Source: Bacillus subtilis subsp. subtilis str. 168
GTDB lineage: Bacteria; Bacillota; Bacilli; Bacillales; Bacillaceae
Assembly (NCBI RefSeq): GCF_000009045.1
Contig: NC_000964.3
Coordinates: 600,001-632,000 of the forward strand
Direction of reading: 5' to 3'
DNA: 32,000 nucleotides
Below the pieces are notes generated by a model. That model was not told where the DNA came from and did not search any database. It saw only the letters and a program-made list of their open reading frames with translations. Below are positions 8,143 to 15,870 of this stretch, in pieces (positions within the stretch are counted from its first letter, which is position 1; the number at the start of each line of letters is the position of its first letter). Both the position numbers and the translations under genes were made by a program.

Positions 8143-8214
8143 CTAAAATTTCTATCTTTTTTACTAAAAAAGGATTGATGAAAAGAATTTTAATGTGATT
8201 TGGACTATTTCCCG

Positions 8215-8247
8215 AAAAAGCGGCTCCATTTAGGGAGCCGCTTTTTT
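8215..8247. terminator. Rho-independent terminator downstream of dinB (dyad flanked by A and T runs)
   Basis: AAAAA-GCGGCTCC-atttag-GGAGCCGC-TTTTTT. The dinB stop (8246-8248) abuts the hairpin. Confidence 0.85.
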
Positions 8248-8764
8248 ATGCTTTTTCAGTTTTTGTCATAAACAGGTAGAGCCCGTAATCTGTCGGTGCG
8301 GATGCGTAGCCTGCCTGCCGCAGCATTGCTGTGATATTGCCGCGGTGGTATGTCCCGTGATTGACAACGTGGGGAAGCAGTTCGGAAACAGTTGTTTTCA
8401 TGATTCCGCTTGAGGGATTTTGAATCTGGAGTGGCTTATTGAGCTGTTCTTTTTGCTGTAAAAATAGTATATAGCGCTCGGATAACCTCAGAAAAAGGTC
8501 TTCCATTTCCTCTATTTCTTTAGCCTCTGTCTGTTCTTTAAGCTGTTCAGCTAAAGCCAACGCATCGCTCAAGGTTTTGCCGGAAAACACTTCAATCCAG
8601 CCGAGATCAGAAAGATAAACATGAGACAATACATGGGATATTGACGGAAACACGCTTTGAATTTCTTGATGGTATATCTCTTTTGGAAGCTCTTTTAATC
8701 GGTTGAATATTTGTTGATTGGCCCAGACGTTATATTCATACAATTTGAATGCAAAATCTGACAT
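8246..8764 (-). CDS. dinB: DNA-damage-inducible protein DinB (DinB/YfiT-like metal-dependent fold), 172 aa. Start at ATG 8762-8764; the longest ORF runs to 8812.
   Basis: GAAAGGGGGAA SD at 8771-8781. The longer ORF would start upstream of the promoter -10 (8798-8803) and inside the LexA box. Confidence 0.9.
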   Translation of the reverse strand: MSDFAFKLYEYNVWANQQIFNRLKELPKEIYHQEIQSVFPSISHVLSHVYLSDLGWIEVFSGKTLSDALALAEQLKEQTEAKEIEEMEDLFLRLSERYILFLQQKEQLNKPLQIQNPSSGIMKTTVSELLPHVVNHGTYHRGNITAMLRQAGYASAPTDYGLYLFMTKTEKA

Positions 8765-8797
8765 GTTAAAATTCCCCCTTTCGTGTGTATAGCTTTC

Positions 8798-8826
8798 ATT
8801 ATACACGAACATGAGTTCTTATGTAG
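8798..8826 (-). promoter_or_regulatory. dinB promoter with a LexA (Cheo/SOS) box between the -35 and -10
   Basis: Minus strand reads TCTACA-taAGAACTCATGTTCGtg-TATAAT. The box, written as + strand CGAACATGAGTTCT (8806-8819), matches CGAAC-N4-GTTCG at 9 of 10 positions. Confidence 0.75.
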
Positions 8827-8847
8827 AGTGCTCGAAAATAAAATTTG

Positions 8848-8912
8848 TTGACATATATAGTTTAGAGGAATAAACTAATTGACATTGAACATAAAGTTTA
8901 GCGGGGTAAACT
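8848..8912 (+). promoter_or_regulatory. ydgG-ydgH promoter (TTGACA 8848-8853, 17 nt, TAAACT 8871-8876) with two AGTTTA-N6-TAAACT dyads (MarR-type operators)
   Basis: Site 1 is TAGTTTA-gaggaa-TAAACTA (8858-8877) and overlaps the -10. Site 2 is AGTTTA-gcgggg-TAAACT (8895-8912) in the 5' UTR. The centres are 36 bp apart. Confidence 0.55.
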
Positions 8913-8932
8913 ATAATGAGGAGGGGAAGATA

Positions 8933-9391
8933 TTGAATGAACAAAAGCTATGTCAGGCGATAAACCTGTTTGTGGAAGTCCTGCTTGAAGGGACAGAATT
9001 TGTGCATCGTGAAATCAATCAGGATGTCTTCAAGCATATCTCAAGGGAACAGGCAGACCTGTTGAAAATTTTAAAAGTCAAGGGCCCAACCTCTCCCGGC
9101 AGCCTGGCCATGTACCAAAATGTACATAAGAGCGCGATCTCTAACAGACTGAAAAAGCTGCTCGAAAAGGGATTGGTTCAATGGGACGACTGTCCGGAAA
9201 AAAGTGATAGGCGCTCTAAGCTTATTAACATTACACCCAGTGGTGAACACATACTAGAAGAATTAGATTCTGCCATCTTTAACGCGCTCAAACCGTTGAT
9301 TGATGATATAGATGAGGAACACTTACATTCTATCATCGAGATATTCACCATTTTAAAAAGCAAATTTAAAGGAGGAGATTCTGCCGAATGA
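8933..9391 (+). CDS. ydgG: MarR-family transcriptional regulator, 152 aa, TTG start. The track ORF begins at 8879.
   Basis: GAGGAGGGG SD (8918-8926) lies 6 nt before the TTG at 8933. The 8879 start lies at or before the predicted transcription start. Winged-helix core SLAMYQNVHKSAISNRLKKLLEKGLV. Confidence 0.8.
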   Translation: MNEQKLCQAINLFVEVLLEGTEFVHREINQDVFKHISREQADLLKILKVKGPTSPGSLAMYQNVHKSAISNRLKKLLEKGLVQWDDCPEKSDRRSKLINITPSGEHILEELDSAIFNALKPLIDDIDEEHLHSIIEIFTILKSKFKGGDSAE

Positions 9392-12045
9392 GAGCAATCA
9401 TCAAATTCAAGTGGGCAATTGCAGCCATAGTATTAGCACTTACCGTCGTTTTGAGTTTGTTTTCTCCGAACTTAACGGAGCTGGCCAATCAAAAGGGGCA
9501 GGCCCAGCTTCCCGCTGATGCTGTTTCAGAAAGGGCAAACGCCATTTTAAAACAAGCGGGAGAAGACAATAATTCGATCAGTGTAGTCTTTACATTAGAC
9601 AACGCTATAAAGAAAGAAACAGAGAATCAGCTCCGGATAATAATTGATAAAATCAAAAAGATCGACGGTGTAGAAGAGGTAACATCTCCTCTGTCAGCGG
9701 AAAAAGAAGTCAAAGACCAGTTGATGTCGAAAGACAAGAAAACCGTTCTCATGCCTGTCACGATTACAGGTTCTGATAAAAAGGCGGAAAAAATTGCGGA
9801 CGAGATTTATCAAATCGTTCCTGATGACTTGACGGCATATATTACGGGAGCTTCCCTTATCAACCAGGATTTCGCTCACAGCTCAGAGGAAGGGCTTAAG
9901 AAAACGGAAGTGATAACAGTCTGCCTGATCATCGGTTTACTGTTGATCGTGTTCCGATCTGTTGTGACGCCTTTTATCCCGATTGTGGTTGTCGGTTTTT
10001 CTTATCTGATCAGTCAATCTATACTGGGCATCCTTGTATACAATGTTGATTTTCCTATCTCGACGTTTACGCAAACCTTCTTAGTTGCGATCCTGTTCGG
10101 CATTGGAACAGATTACTGCATACTGCTTCTTACACGGTTCCGTGAAGAATTGGCAAACGGGCATGATAAAAAAGAAGCGGCGCTTATCGCTTACCGCACA
10201 GGGGGAAAAACCTTATTTATCAGCGGATTTGCGGTATTGATCGGATTTTCCGCCTTAGGATTTGCGAAGTTTGCGATTTTCCAATCCGCAGTAGGGGTAG
10301 CAGTCGGTGTGGGAATTTTAATGATCATCCTCTACACACTGCTGCCATTATTTATGGTGACGCTGGGTGAAAAATTATTCTGGCCTTCTAAGAAAGTGCT
10401 GTCACACAGTGATAACAAACTATGGGCGTTTCTCGGCAGACACTCCGTTGCGCGTCCGTTTCTGTTCATTGTCATCACGGTGGTGATTACGCTTCCGTTC
10501 ATCTTGACCTATGATGACCAGATTTCATTCGACTCAACTGCGGAAATCAGCAGCGATTATAAATCTATAAAAGCTCTCGAGGCCATTAAGGATGGATTCG
10601 GGGAAGGAAAAGCGTTCCCGATCAATGTTGTCGTAAAAGGAGACAAAGATCTTACAACAGCTGATACAATCCCCTATCTAGGAAATATCAGCAAAGCGAT
10701 CGAGAAAGTTGATCATGTTGACTCTGTTATGACCATTACGCAGCCGACTGGTAAAAAAATCAAAGATTTATATATTGATAACCAGCTAGGATCGGTTTCA
10801 GACGGGCTGGATAAGACGGTGAAAGGGATTGCCGATGTCCAAAGCGGATTAACGGATATAGAAAACGGACTGAATCAAATGGCAGGGCAAACCGGCTCGG
10901 CCTCAAATGGAGGGTCTGGCGGTTCACTGGGCGATGCGGCAGATGGCTTGGGCAAAATCAATCAGCAGCTGCAGCTCGTGAGCAAACAGATTTCCCAAAC
11001 CGGCAATACCGCACAGACCGTGCAGCAGCTTACGGCAATAAGCGGACAGCTTGGCCAGATTCAAACCGGCCTTGAACAAGCGAACCAACAGCTCTCAGGC
11101 CAGCAGGCACAAGCCGGAACGCTGACAGAAAGCCTGAAAAAGCTGTCCGAAGGCGTGAAAAGCGCAAATGAGGGCCTGACGAAAGTCTCTGACGGTATTA
11201 CAGCTTCCAGTGATATATTAGAGGACATGAGCAAAAGTCCAACTGTAAGAGATACTGGCATATTCATTCCTGATCAAGTAATGAAGGACAAAGACTTTAA
11301 GAAGTCAATTGACCAGTATTCCTTTGCAGACGGCAAAGGTGTTCAATTAAGTGTCGTTCTGGATTCAAATCCGTACTCAGAACAAGCTATTACGACAATA
11401 AACCAAATCAAAAAAGCTGTCGCAAACGAAGTTGACGGCACTCCTTTGGAGAATGCACAGATCGTGTACGGCGGGGTCACGAGTATGAATGCGGACTTAA
11501 AGGAGCTATCCACAACGGACTTCTCCAGAACAATGGTGATTATGATTATAGGCCTGTTTATCGTGTTAACCATTTTGTTCCGCTCAATGATCATGCCGAT
11601 TTATATGATCGCGTCATTGCTGCTGACGTACTATACGTCGATATCCATAACAGAATTAATTTTTGTAAACGGCTTAGGAAACGCGGGTGTCAGCTGGGCA
11701 GTGCCATTCTTCAGCTTTGTCATCTTGATCGCGTTAGGGGTAGATTATTCGATCTTCTTGCTGGATCGATTTAAGGAAGAGGTGCACCTTGGCATTGAGC
11801 AAGGTGTCGTCAGGTCAATGAGCAAAATGGGATCTGTCATTATTACAGCTGCCATTATATTGGCCGGTACGTTCGCGGCGATGATGCCTTCAGGTGTCAA
11901 TACACTGATGCAGGTGGCAAGTGTTATCATCATCGGGCTCTTGCTTTACGGCCTTGTCATACTTCCGCTCTTCATCCCGGCAATCATTGCGACCTTTGGA
12001 GAAGGAAACTGGTGGCCGTTCGGCAGGAAGAAAGGAAAAGAGTAA
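9388..12045 (+). CDS. ydgH: MMPL/RND-superfamily membrane protein, 885 aa, with a large extracytoplasmic Gln/Gly-rich coiled-coil insert
   Basis: Two TM bundles (TM1 plus 5, then TM7 plus 5) with MMPL-type motifs (GIGTDYCILL / GVDYSIFLLDRF). ATGA overlap with ydgG at 9388-9391. Confidence 0.9.
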   Translation: MRAIIKFKWAIAAIVLALTVVLSLFSPNLTELANQKGQAQLPADAVSERANAILKQAGEDNNSISVVFTLDNAIKKETENQLRIIIDKIKKIDGVEEVTSPLSAEKEVKDQLMSKDKKTVLMPVTITGSDKKAEKIADEIYQIVPDDLTAYITGASLINQDFAHSSEEGLKKTEVITVCLIIGLLLIVFRSVVTPFIPIVVVGFSYLISQSILGILVYNVDFPISTFTQTFLVAILFGIGTDYCILLLTRFREELANGHDKKEAALIAYRTGGKTLFISGFAVLIGFSALGFAKFAIFQSAVGVAVGVGILMIILYTLLPLFMVTLGEKLFWPSKKVLSHSDNKLWAFLGRHSVARPFLFIVITVVITLPFILTYDDQISFDSTAEISSDYKSIKALEAIKDGFGEGKAFPINVVVKGDKDLTTADTIPYLGNISKAIEKVDHVDSVMTITQPTGKKIKDLYIDNQLGSVSDGLDKTVKGIADVQSGLTDIENGLNQMAGQTGSASNGGSGGSLGDAADGLGKINQQLQLVSKQISQTGNTAQTVQQLTAISGQLGQIQTGLEQANQQLSGQQAQAGTLTESLKKLSEGVKSANEGLTKVSDGITASSDILEDMSKSPTVRDTGIFIPDQVMKDKDFKKSIDQYSFADGKGVQLSVVLDSNPYSEQAITTINQIKKAVANEVDGTPLENAQIVYGGVTSMNADLKELSTTDFSRTMVIMIIGLFIVLTILFRSMIMPIYMIASLLLTYYTSISITELIFVNGLGNAGVSWAVPFFSFVILIALGVDYSIFLLDRFKEEVHLGIEQGVVRSMSKMGSVIITAAIILAGTFAAMMPSGVNTLMQVASVIIIGLLLYGLVILPLFIPAIIATFGEGNWWPFGRKKGKE

Positions 12046-12053
12046 TCGAGAGA

Positions 12054-12082
12054 AGAGTGATGAATGGTCATCACTCTTTTTT
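12054..12082 (+). terminator. Rho-independent terminator of ydgH
   Basis: AGAGTGATGA-atgg-TCATCACTCT followed by TTTTT. Confidence 0.85.
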
Positions 12083-12150
12083 CATGACTAAACGACTAAC
12101 TTCAGACGTGTTACCCAAAAAGATCAGACGATCAAACGGCGGCTGTACTT

Positions 12151-12192
12151 AAAAACAAAGAGCCCGGAAAACATTCCCGGGCTCTTTGTTTT
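12151..12192. terminator. Rho-independent terminator of ydgI (dyad flanked by A and T runs)
   Basis: AAAAA-CAAAGAGCCCGG-aaaacatt-CCGGGCTCTTTG-TTTT. Confidence 0.85.
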
Positions 12193-12820
12193 ATTTCCAT
12201 TCTGCAATTGTATCAATCGGCAGACGGTAGGAAGCATAGCCTTCGTCTGCTGCTTTTCCGATAGAAAGTAGCATAACCGGTACATAACGTTCTTTATCTA
12301 ATCCGAAGGTTTCCGCGATGTTTTCTTTATCGTATCCGCCGATCGGGTTTGTATCGTAGCCATGCGCGCGTGCAGTCAGCATCAGCTGCATGGAAACAAG
12401 ACCTCCGTCAATCAGGATCGTTTCACGGTTGACCTGTGCCGGAAGCTTTTCAAAATGTGCGGTCAGCGCGGCGATTTGTCTGTCTTTGACCTCCTGCGGC
12501 ATGTAACCAAGTTCCACGGCTTTTGAATAGATTTCTTCTAGATAGTCTGCGTTGTTCATGTCTGCAAATACAGCGATGACAGCAGATGATGTTGTGACTT
12601 GTGTTTGGTTAAAGCTTGCAAGCGGTGCGAGCTTTTCTTTTCCTTCCGGGCTGTCAATGACAAGAAAACGCCATGGCTGCGCGTTAACAGAAGATGGGGC
12701 AGTTGTTGCTTCCTCTAAGATCTCTGTCATTTCTTCTTTGCTGATTTTTACTGCCGGATCATAGTTGCGGATAGAACGGCGGCCTTTCATAATTTCCATA
12801 AAATCGTTTGTTTTGATCAT
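12191..12820 (-). CDS. ydgI: NAD(P)H-flavin nitroreductase family protein, 209 aa
   Basis: Nitroreductase signatures (RRSIRNY...APSSVNAQPWRF). GAGGAG SD. 15-nt gap after ydgJ, so the two form an operon. Confidence 0.9.
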   Translation of the reverse strand: MIKTNDFMEIMKGRRSIRNYDPAVKISKEEMTEILEEATTAPSSVNAQPWRFLVIDSPEGKEKLAPLASFNQTQVTTSSAVIAVFADMNNADYLEEIYSKAVELGYMPQEVKDRQIAALTAHFEKLPAQVNRETILIDGGLVSMQLMLTARAHGYDTNPIGGYDKENIAETFGLDKERYVPVMLLSIGKAADEGYASYRLPIDTIAEWK

Positions 12821-12835
12821 GTTGATACACTCCTC

Positions 12836-13270
12836 TTAAGCTTCGATATTATTTATATTGTTTCGCATGCGCGCCAGCACATCAATGAGCAGGCGGCGTT
12901 CTTCTGCGCTTACATTTGCGAGCATTTCCTTCATGAAACGCTCCTTTTCCTTCTTAGAAGACTCAATTCGCTCTCTTCCTTGGTCTGTTAACCGAACAAG
13001 GGTGATGCGGTTGTCCTCAGGCTTGCGCCGCCTTGATACCATGCCTTTGGATTCCAGCTGTTTCAGGTGTCTGGTAACGGCTGCGCTATCGATATTTACT
13101 TTCTTTTGAAGGTCGCTTTGACTGATCTCATCTGCATGATAAAGCAATGTCAGCAATTCCAAACGAGATTGGCTGATGCCCGTGCATGCCTCGAACTTCA
13201 CGCCAATCACCTTGTTCACGCCTTGCAGCTGATATAAAATCTCGGCTTCCTCTGAACAAAATGACGCCAA
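12836..13270 (-). CDS. ydgJ: MarR-family transcriptional regulator. Preferred start is TTG 13268-13270 (144 aa); the longest ORF (TTG at 13328-13330, 164 aa) overlaps its own promoter and operators.
   Basis: wHTH core SQSDLQKKVNIDSAAVTRHLKQLESKGMV. GAAAGAAGGGA SD precedes the internal TTG. There is no SD before 13330, which lies 2 nt downstream of the predicted -10. Confidence 0.7.
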   Translation of the reverse strand: MASFCSEEAEILYQLQGVNKVIGVKFEACTGISQSRLELLTLLYHADEISQSDLQKKVNIDSAAVTRHLKQLESKGMVSRRRKPEDNRITLVRLTDQGRERIESSKKEKERFMKEMLANVSAEERRLLIDVLARMRNNINNIEA

Positions 13271-13302
13271 AACCCATCCCTTCTTTCCTGTCAAAACTAT
13301 TA

Positions 13303-13361
13303 ATTGATATATCAATGATTGACACGTCAATTAATATACAACGATTGATTTCATCTTGCAA
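13303..13361 (-). promoter_or_regulatory. ydgJ-ydgI promoter (TTGCAA 13356-13361, 17 nt, TATATT 13333-13338) followed by two adjacent 14-bp palindromes
   Basis: ATTGACACGTCAAT (13318-13331) and the perfect dyad ATTGATATATCAAT (13303-13316) are separated by 1 nt, at about +1 to +30. Confidence 0.55.
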
Positions 13362-13640
13362 GCCATTTGCACTTTTGAACAACCTCCCAGCGCATAAAAT
13401 TCGCTAGGCTAGAACTTAGCAAAAAAAGCTGGCCGCTTCTTCAGATGATGCTGGTCACGATGATTCCCTGCATCATTCCCATTTATAGGTGTTCGGAATA
13501 TCACTTTGCCGGCCCGTGCTCAAGCGGCTTTCACAGGCTGAAAGTTATGATACAATATACAAATGTTTCACAGCTTCAATCCATAGTTGGAGCTGACATC
13601 CATTATATAAGGGACTAGGTTGAAGGGAAGGTTTGATAAC

Positions 13641-14849
13641 ATGCTGCACAATCCAACTGGAAAAGAACGCTTGGCACTAGCGTTTCTGCTCGGCATGCTT
13701 GCTATATTGGGCCCGCTTAATATAGATATGTATTTGCCAAGTTTTCCTGAAATCGCGAAAGATTTATCAGCAAGTGCTTCACTTGTTCAGTTAAGTTTAA
13801 CAGCCTGTCTGGTCGGGCTTACGATCGGCCAGCTGATTGTCGGGCCGGTCAGCGATGCGCAGGGAAGACGAAAACCGCTATTAATCTGTATTTTTTTATT
13901 TGCGTTATCTTCTCTGTTTTGTGCACTGTCGCCCAATATAACAACTTTAGTGGCTGCGCGTTTTTTACAAGGCTTCACTGCTTCTGCAGGGCTTGTGCTG
14001 TCTCGCGCAATCGTCCGCGATGTGTTTACCGGAAGAGAGCTTTCTAAATTTTTCTCGCTGTTAATGGTCATTACCGCGGTGGCGCCAATGGTTGCGCCTA
14101 TGACAGGCGGTGCCATTTTGCTTTTGCCGTTCGCAACGTGGCATACAATTTTTCACGTCTTAATGATCATCGGATTTTTACTAGTTCTTCTGATTGCATT
14201 GAGGTTAAAAGAAACGCTTCCGCTGGAAAAACGGATTCCAAGCTCAATCGGAACATCCGTCAAAACGATGGGCAGCCTGCTGAAGGATCGATCCTTTATG
14301 GGGTACGCGTTAACTGTCGGATTTATTCACGGGGGAAGCTTTGCATATGTGTCTGGTACGCCTTTTGTATACCAGGATATCTACGGGGTGTCTCCGCAGG
14401 TATTTAGTATTCTTTTTGGCATTAACGGGCTGGCGATTATATCGGGCAGCTTTATCATCGGACGCTTTGGCGGAATCATTCATGAAAAAAGCCTGCTTCG
14501 TATAGCGGTCATTACGGCTATGATTGCGACGGCTGTGCTATTAACCATGACCATGATTCACGGTCCTCTTGCTACATTAGTCATATCCATTTTCATTTAC
14601 ATGATTACGATCGGCATGGTTCTGACCAGCACGTTTACCCTAGCCATGGAAAAGCAGGGGCACCGCGCCGGAAGTGCAAGTGCGCTGCTTGGAATGCTTC
14701 CGCTGCTCCTCGGTTCAATCGTGTCACCGCTTGTAGGCATTAATGAGACAACAGCCGTTCCGATGGGAGCCATCATGTTTGTGACAGCTGTCATCGGCTC
14801 ACTGGCGTTTTTTGGATTAACGAAAGAACGAGTAGGGCAGAATTCATAA
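13641..14849 (+). CDS. ydgK: MFS efflux transporter, Bcr/CflA subfamily, 402 aa. ATG at 13641; the track ORF begins at TTG 13620.
   Basis: Twelve TM helices and MFS motif A (GPVSDAQGRRKPLL). GAAGGGAAGG SD lies 9 nt before the ATG at 13641. Confidence 0.85.
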   Translation: MLHNPTGKERLALAFLLGMLAILGPLNIDMYLPSFPEIAKDLSASASLVQLSLTACLVGLTIGQLIVGPVSDAQGRRKPLLICIFLFALSSLFCALSPNITTLVAARFLQGFTASAGLVLSRAIVRDVFTGRELSKFFSLLMVITAVAPMVAPMTGGAILLLPFATWHTIFHVLMIIGFLLVLLIALRLKETLPLEKRIPSSIGTSVKTMGSLLKDRSFMGYALTVGFIHGGSFAYVSGTPFVYQDIYGVSPQVFSILFGINGLAIISGSFIIGRFGGIIHEKSLLRIAVITAMIATAVLLTMTMIHGPLATLVISIFIYMITIGMVLTSTFTLAMEKQGHRAGSASALLGMLPLLLGSIVSPLVGINETTAVPMGAIMFVTAVIGSLAFFGLTKERVGQNS

Positions 14850-14878
14850 AAAAACCTGACATGACGTCAGGTTTTTTG
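14848..14878. terminator. Bidirectional terminator shared by ydgK (+) and ydhB (-)
   Basis: AAAAAA-AACCTGAC-atgac-GTCAGGTT-TTTT. Confidence 0.85.
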
Positions 14879-14884
14879 TTTTAT

Positions 14885-15622
14885 TTAGAATAACAACAGC
14901 AGGCCTGCAATCGCCGGAGTCAAAAAGATGGCTGATTTCAAAACCACCTTTGGCATGAGGTTGGTGAATTTCGCGCCTACATAGGCCCCGCACATTGTCC
15001 CGACCAGAACTTTGACAAGTAAAACGTAATCAACAAAACCTTCTGTAATATATCCGATGCCTCCACCTACAGCCAGAGGGATGATCACAAGCATCGTCGT
15101 TCCGACAGAATGGCGAATGGACAGATTCAGCATAATCATTAAACCGATTTGAATAAAAGGTGCCGACCCGATGCCGAATGTGCCGGAAAGAACGCCGGCT
15201 GCAATTCCTAAGATGACCGCTCTCGTATACGTTGAAAGAGTGCTTTGATTCACTTGAGCCTTCTCTTTTAAAATAAATAATCTGATTAAAATGAGAATTG
15301 CTGATAAAAATAACATTCCAGCCGTCAAATAATGAAGCAAATCAGCCGGAATAAAAGAAGTCAGCTTGGCGCCGAAAAATGAGCCAACCGCAGCAAAGCC
15401 TCCGACTATTAAGCCGATTTTCATTTGAATGTTACCCTCGCGATAGTGGCTGTATGCCCCTGATAAGCTTGTAAAAGCCATGCCGGCAAGCGAAGTGCCT
15501 AAAGCCGTATGAATCGGGATATGGAAAAGAAGCGTTAAAAGGGCAATGACAAAGCCGGCTCCACCGGCGCCAATAAAGCCTAAAATAATTCCTAGAAGAA
15601 ACATAACAAGAATAATGAGCAT
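14885..15622 (-). CDS. ydhB: TauE/SafE-family (sulfite/organosulfonate exporter-like) membrane protein, 245 aa
   Basis: Seven to eight TM helices and Gly-rich repeats typical of TauE/SafE. GGAGGA SD. Confidence 0.85.
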   Translation of the reverse strand: MLIILVMFLLGIILGFIGAGGAGFVIALLTLLFHIPIHTALGTSLAGMAFTSLSGAYSHYREGNIQMKIGLIVGGFAAVGSFFGAKLTSFIPADLLHYLTAGMLFLSAILILIRLFILKEKAQVNQSTLSTYTRAVILGIAAGVLSGTFGIGSAPFIQIGLMIMLNLSIRHSVGTTMLVIIPLAVGGGIGYITEGFVDYVLLVKVLVGTMCGAYVGAKFTNLMPKVVLKSAIFLTPAIAGLLLLF

Positions 15623-15870
15623 ATTTTTTCCTCCATTGAAAAGATGTAAAAATGTAATCGTGCGCTATTCTGGCGGAGGTATGGTGTCCTATTGACGAAG
15701 AAAAACACGCCGTTTTTTCAGTTGCCAGTAGTCCGTCGACCGTCGTTCAGCAAACATATCGTACCTCAAATTCAGGGATCTGACAAGGCAGTTTGTTGCT
15801 TCCCATTACCATCTGTTATATGATTTTGATGAAGAAAAGCCCTTGAATATATTCAAAAGAGGTATTATAT

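Noticed and set aside
8831-8847. Possible second LexA box (CGAAAATAAAATTTG) upstream of dinB
   Set aside because: Only the left half-site resembles CGAAC. The right half lacks GTTCG.
8879-8932. Extension of ydgG to the TTG at 8879
   Set aside because: It begins at or upstream of the predicted transcription start and has no SD. GAGGAGGGG precedes the TTG at 8933.
9178-11933. Several 60-85-aa minus-strand ORFs inside ydgG/ydgH (9178-9363, 9694-9879, 11061-11267, 11343-11594, 11745-11933)
   Set aside because: They are antisense shadow ORFs within long, well-supported genes and show no translation signals.
13128-13407. ORFs 13128-13382 (-) and 13186-13407 (+) across the ydgJ 5' region
   Set aside because: They overlap the ydgJ coding and promoter region out of frame and have no SD.
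13445-13618. Unlisted 57-codon, Cys-containing + strand ORF (MMLVTMIPCIIPIYRCSEYHFAGPC...) in the ydgJ-ydgK intergenic region
   Set aside because: There is no SD within 15 nt of the ATG. It would run through the likely ydgK promoter (TGATACAAT near 13548-13556). I treat it as non-coding unless ribosome profiling shows otherwise.
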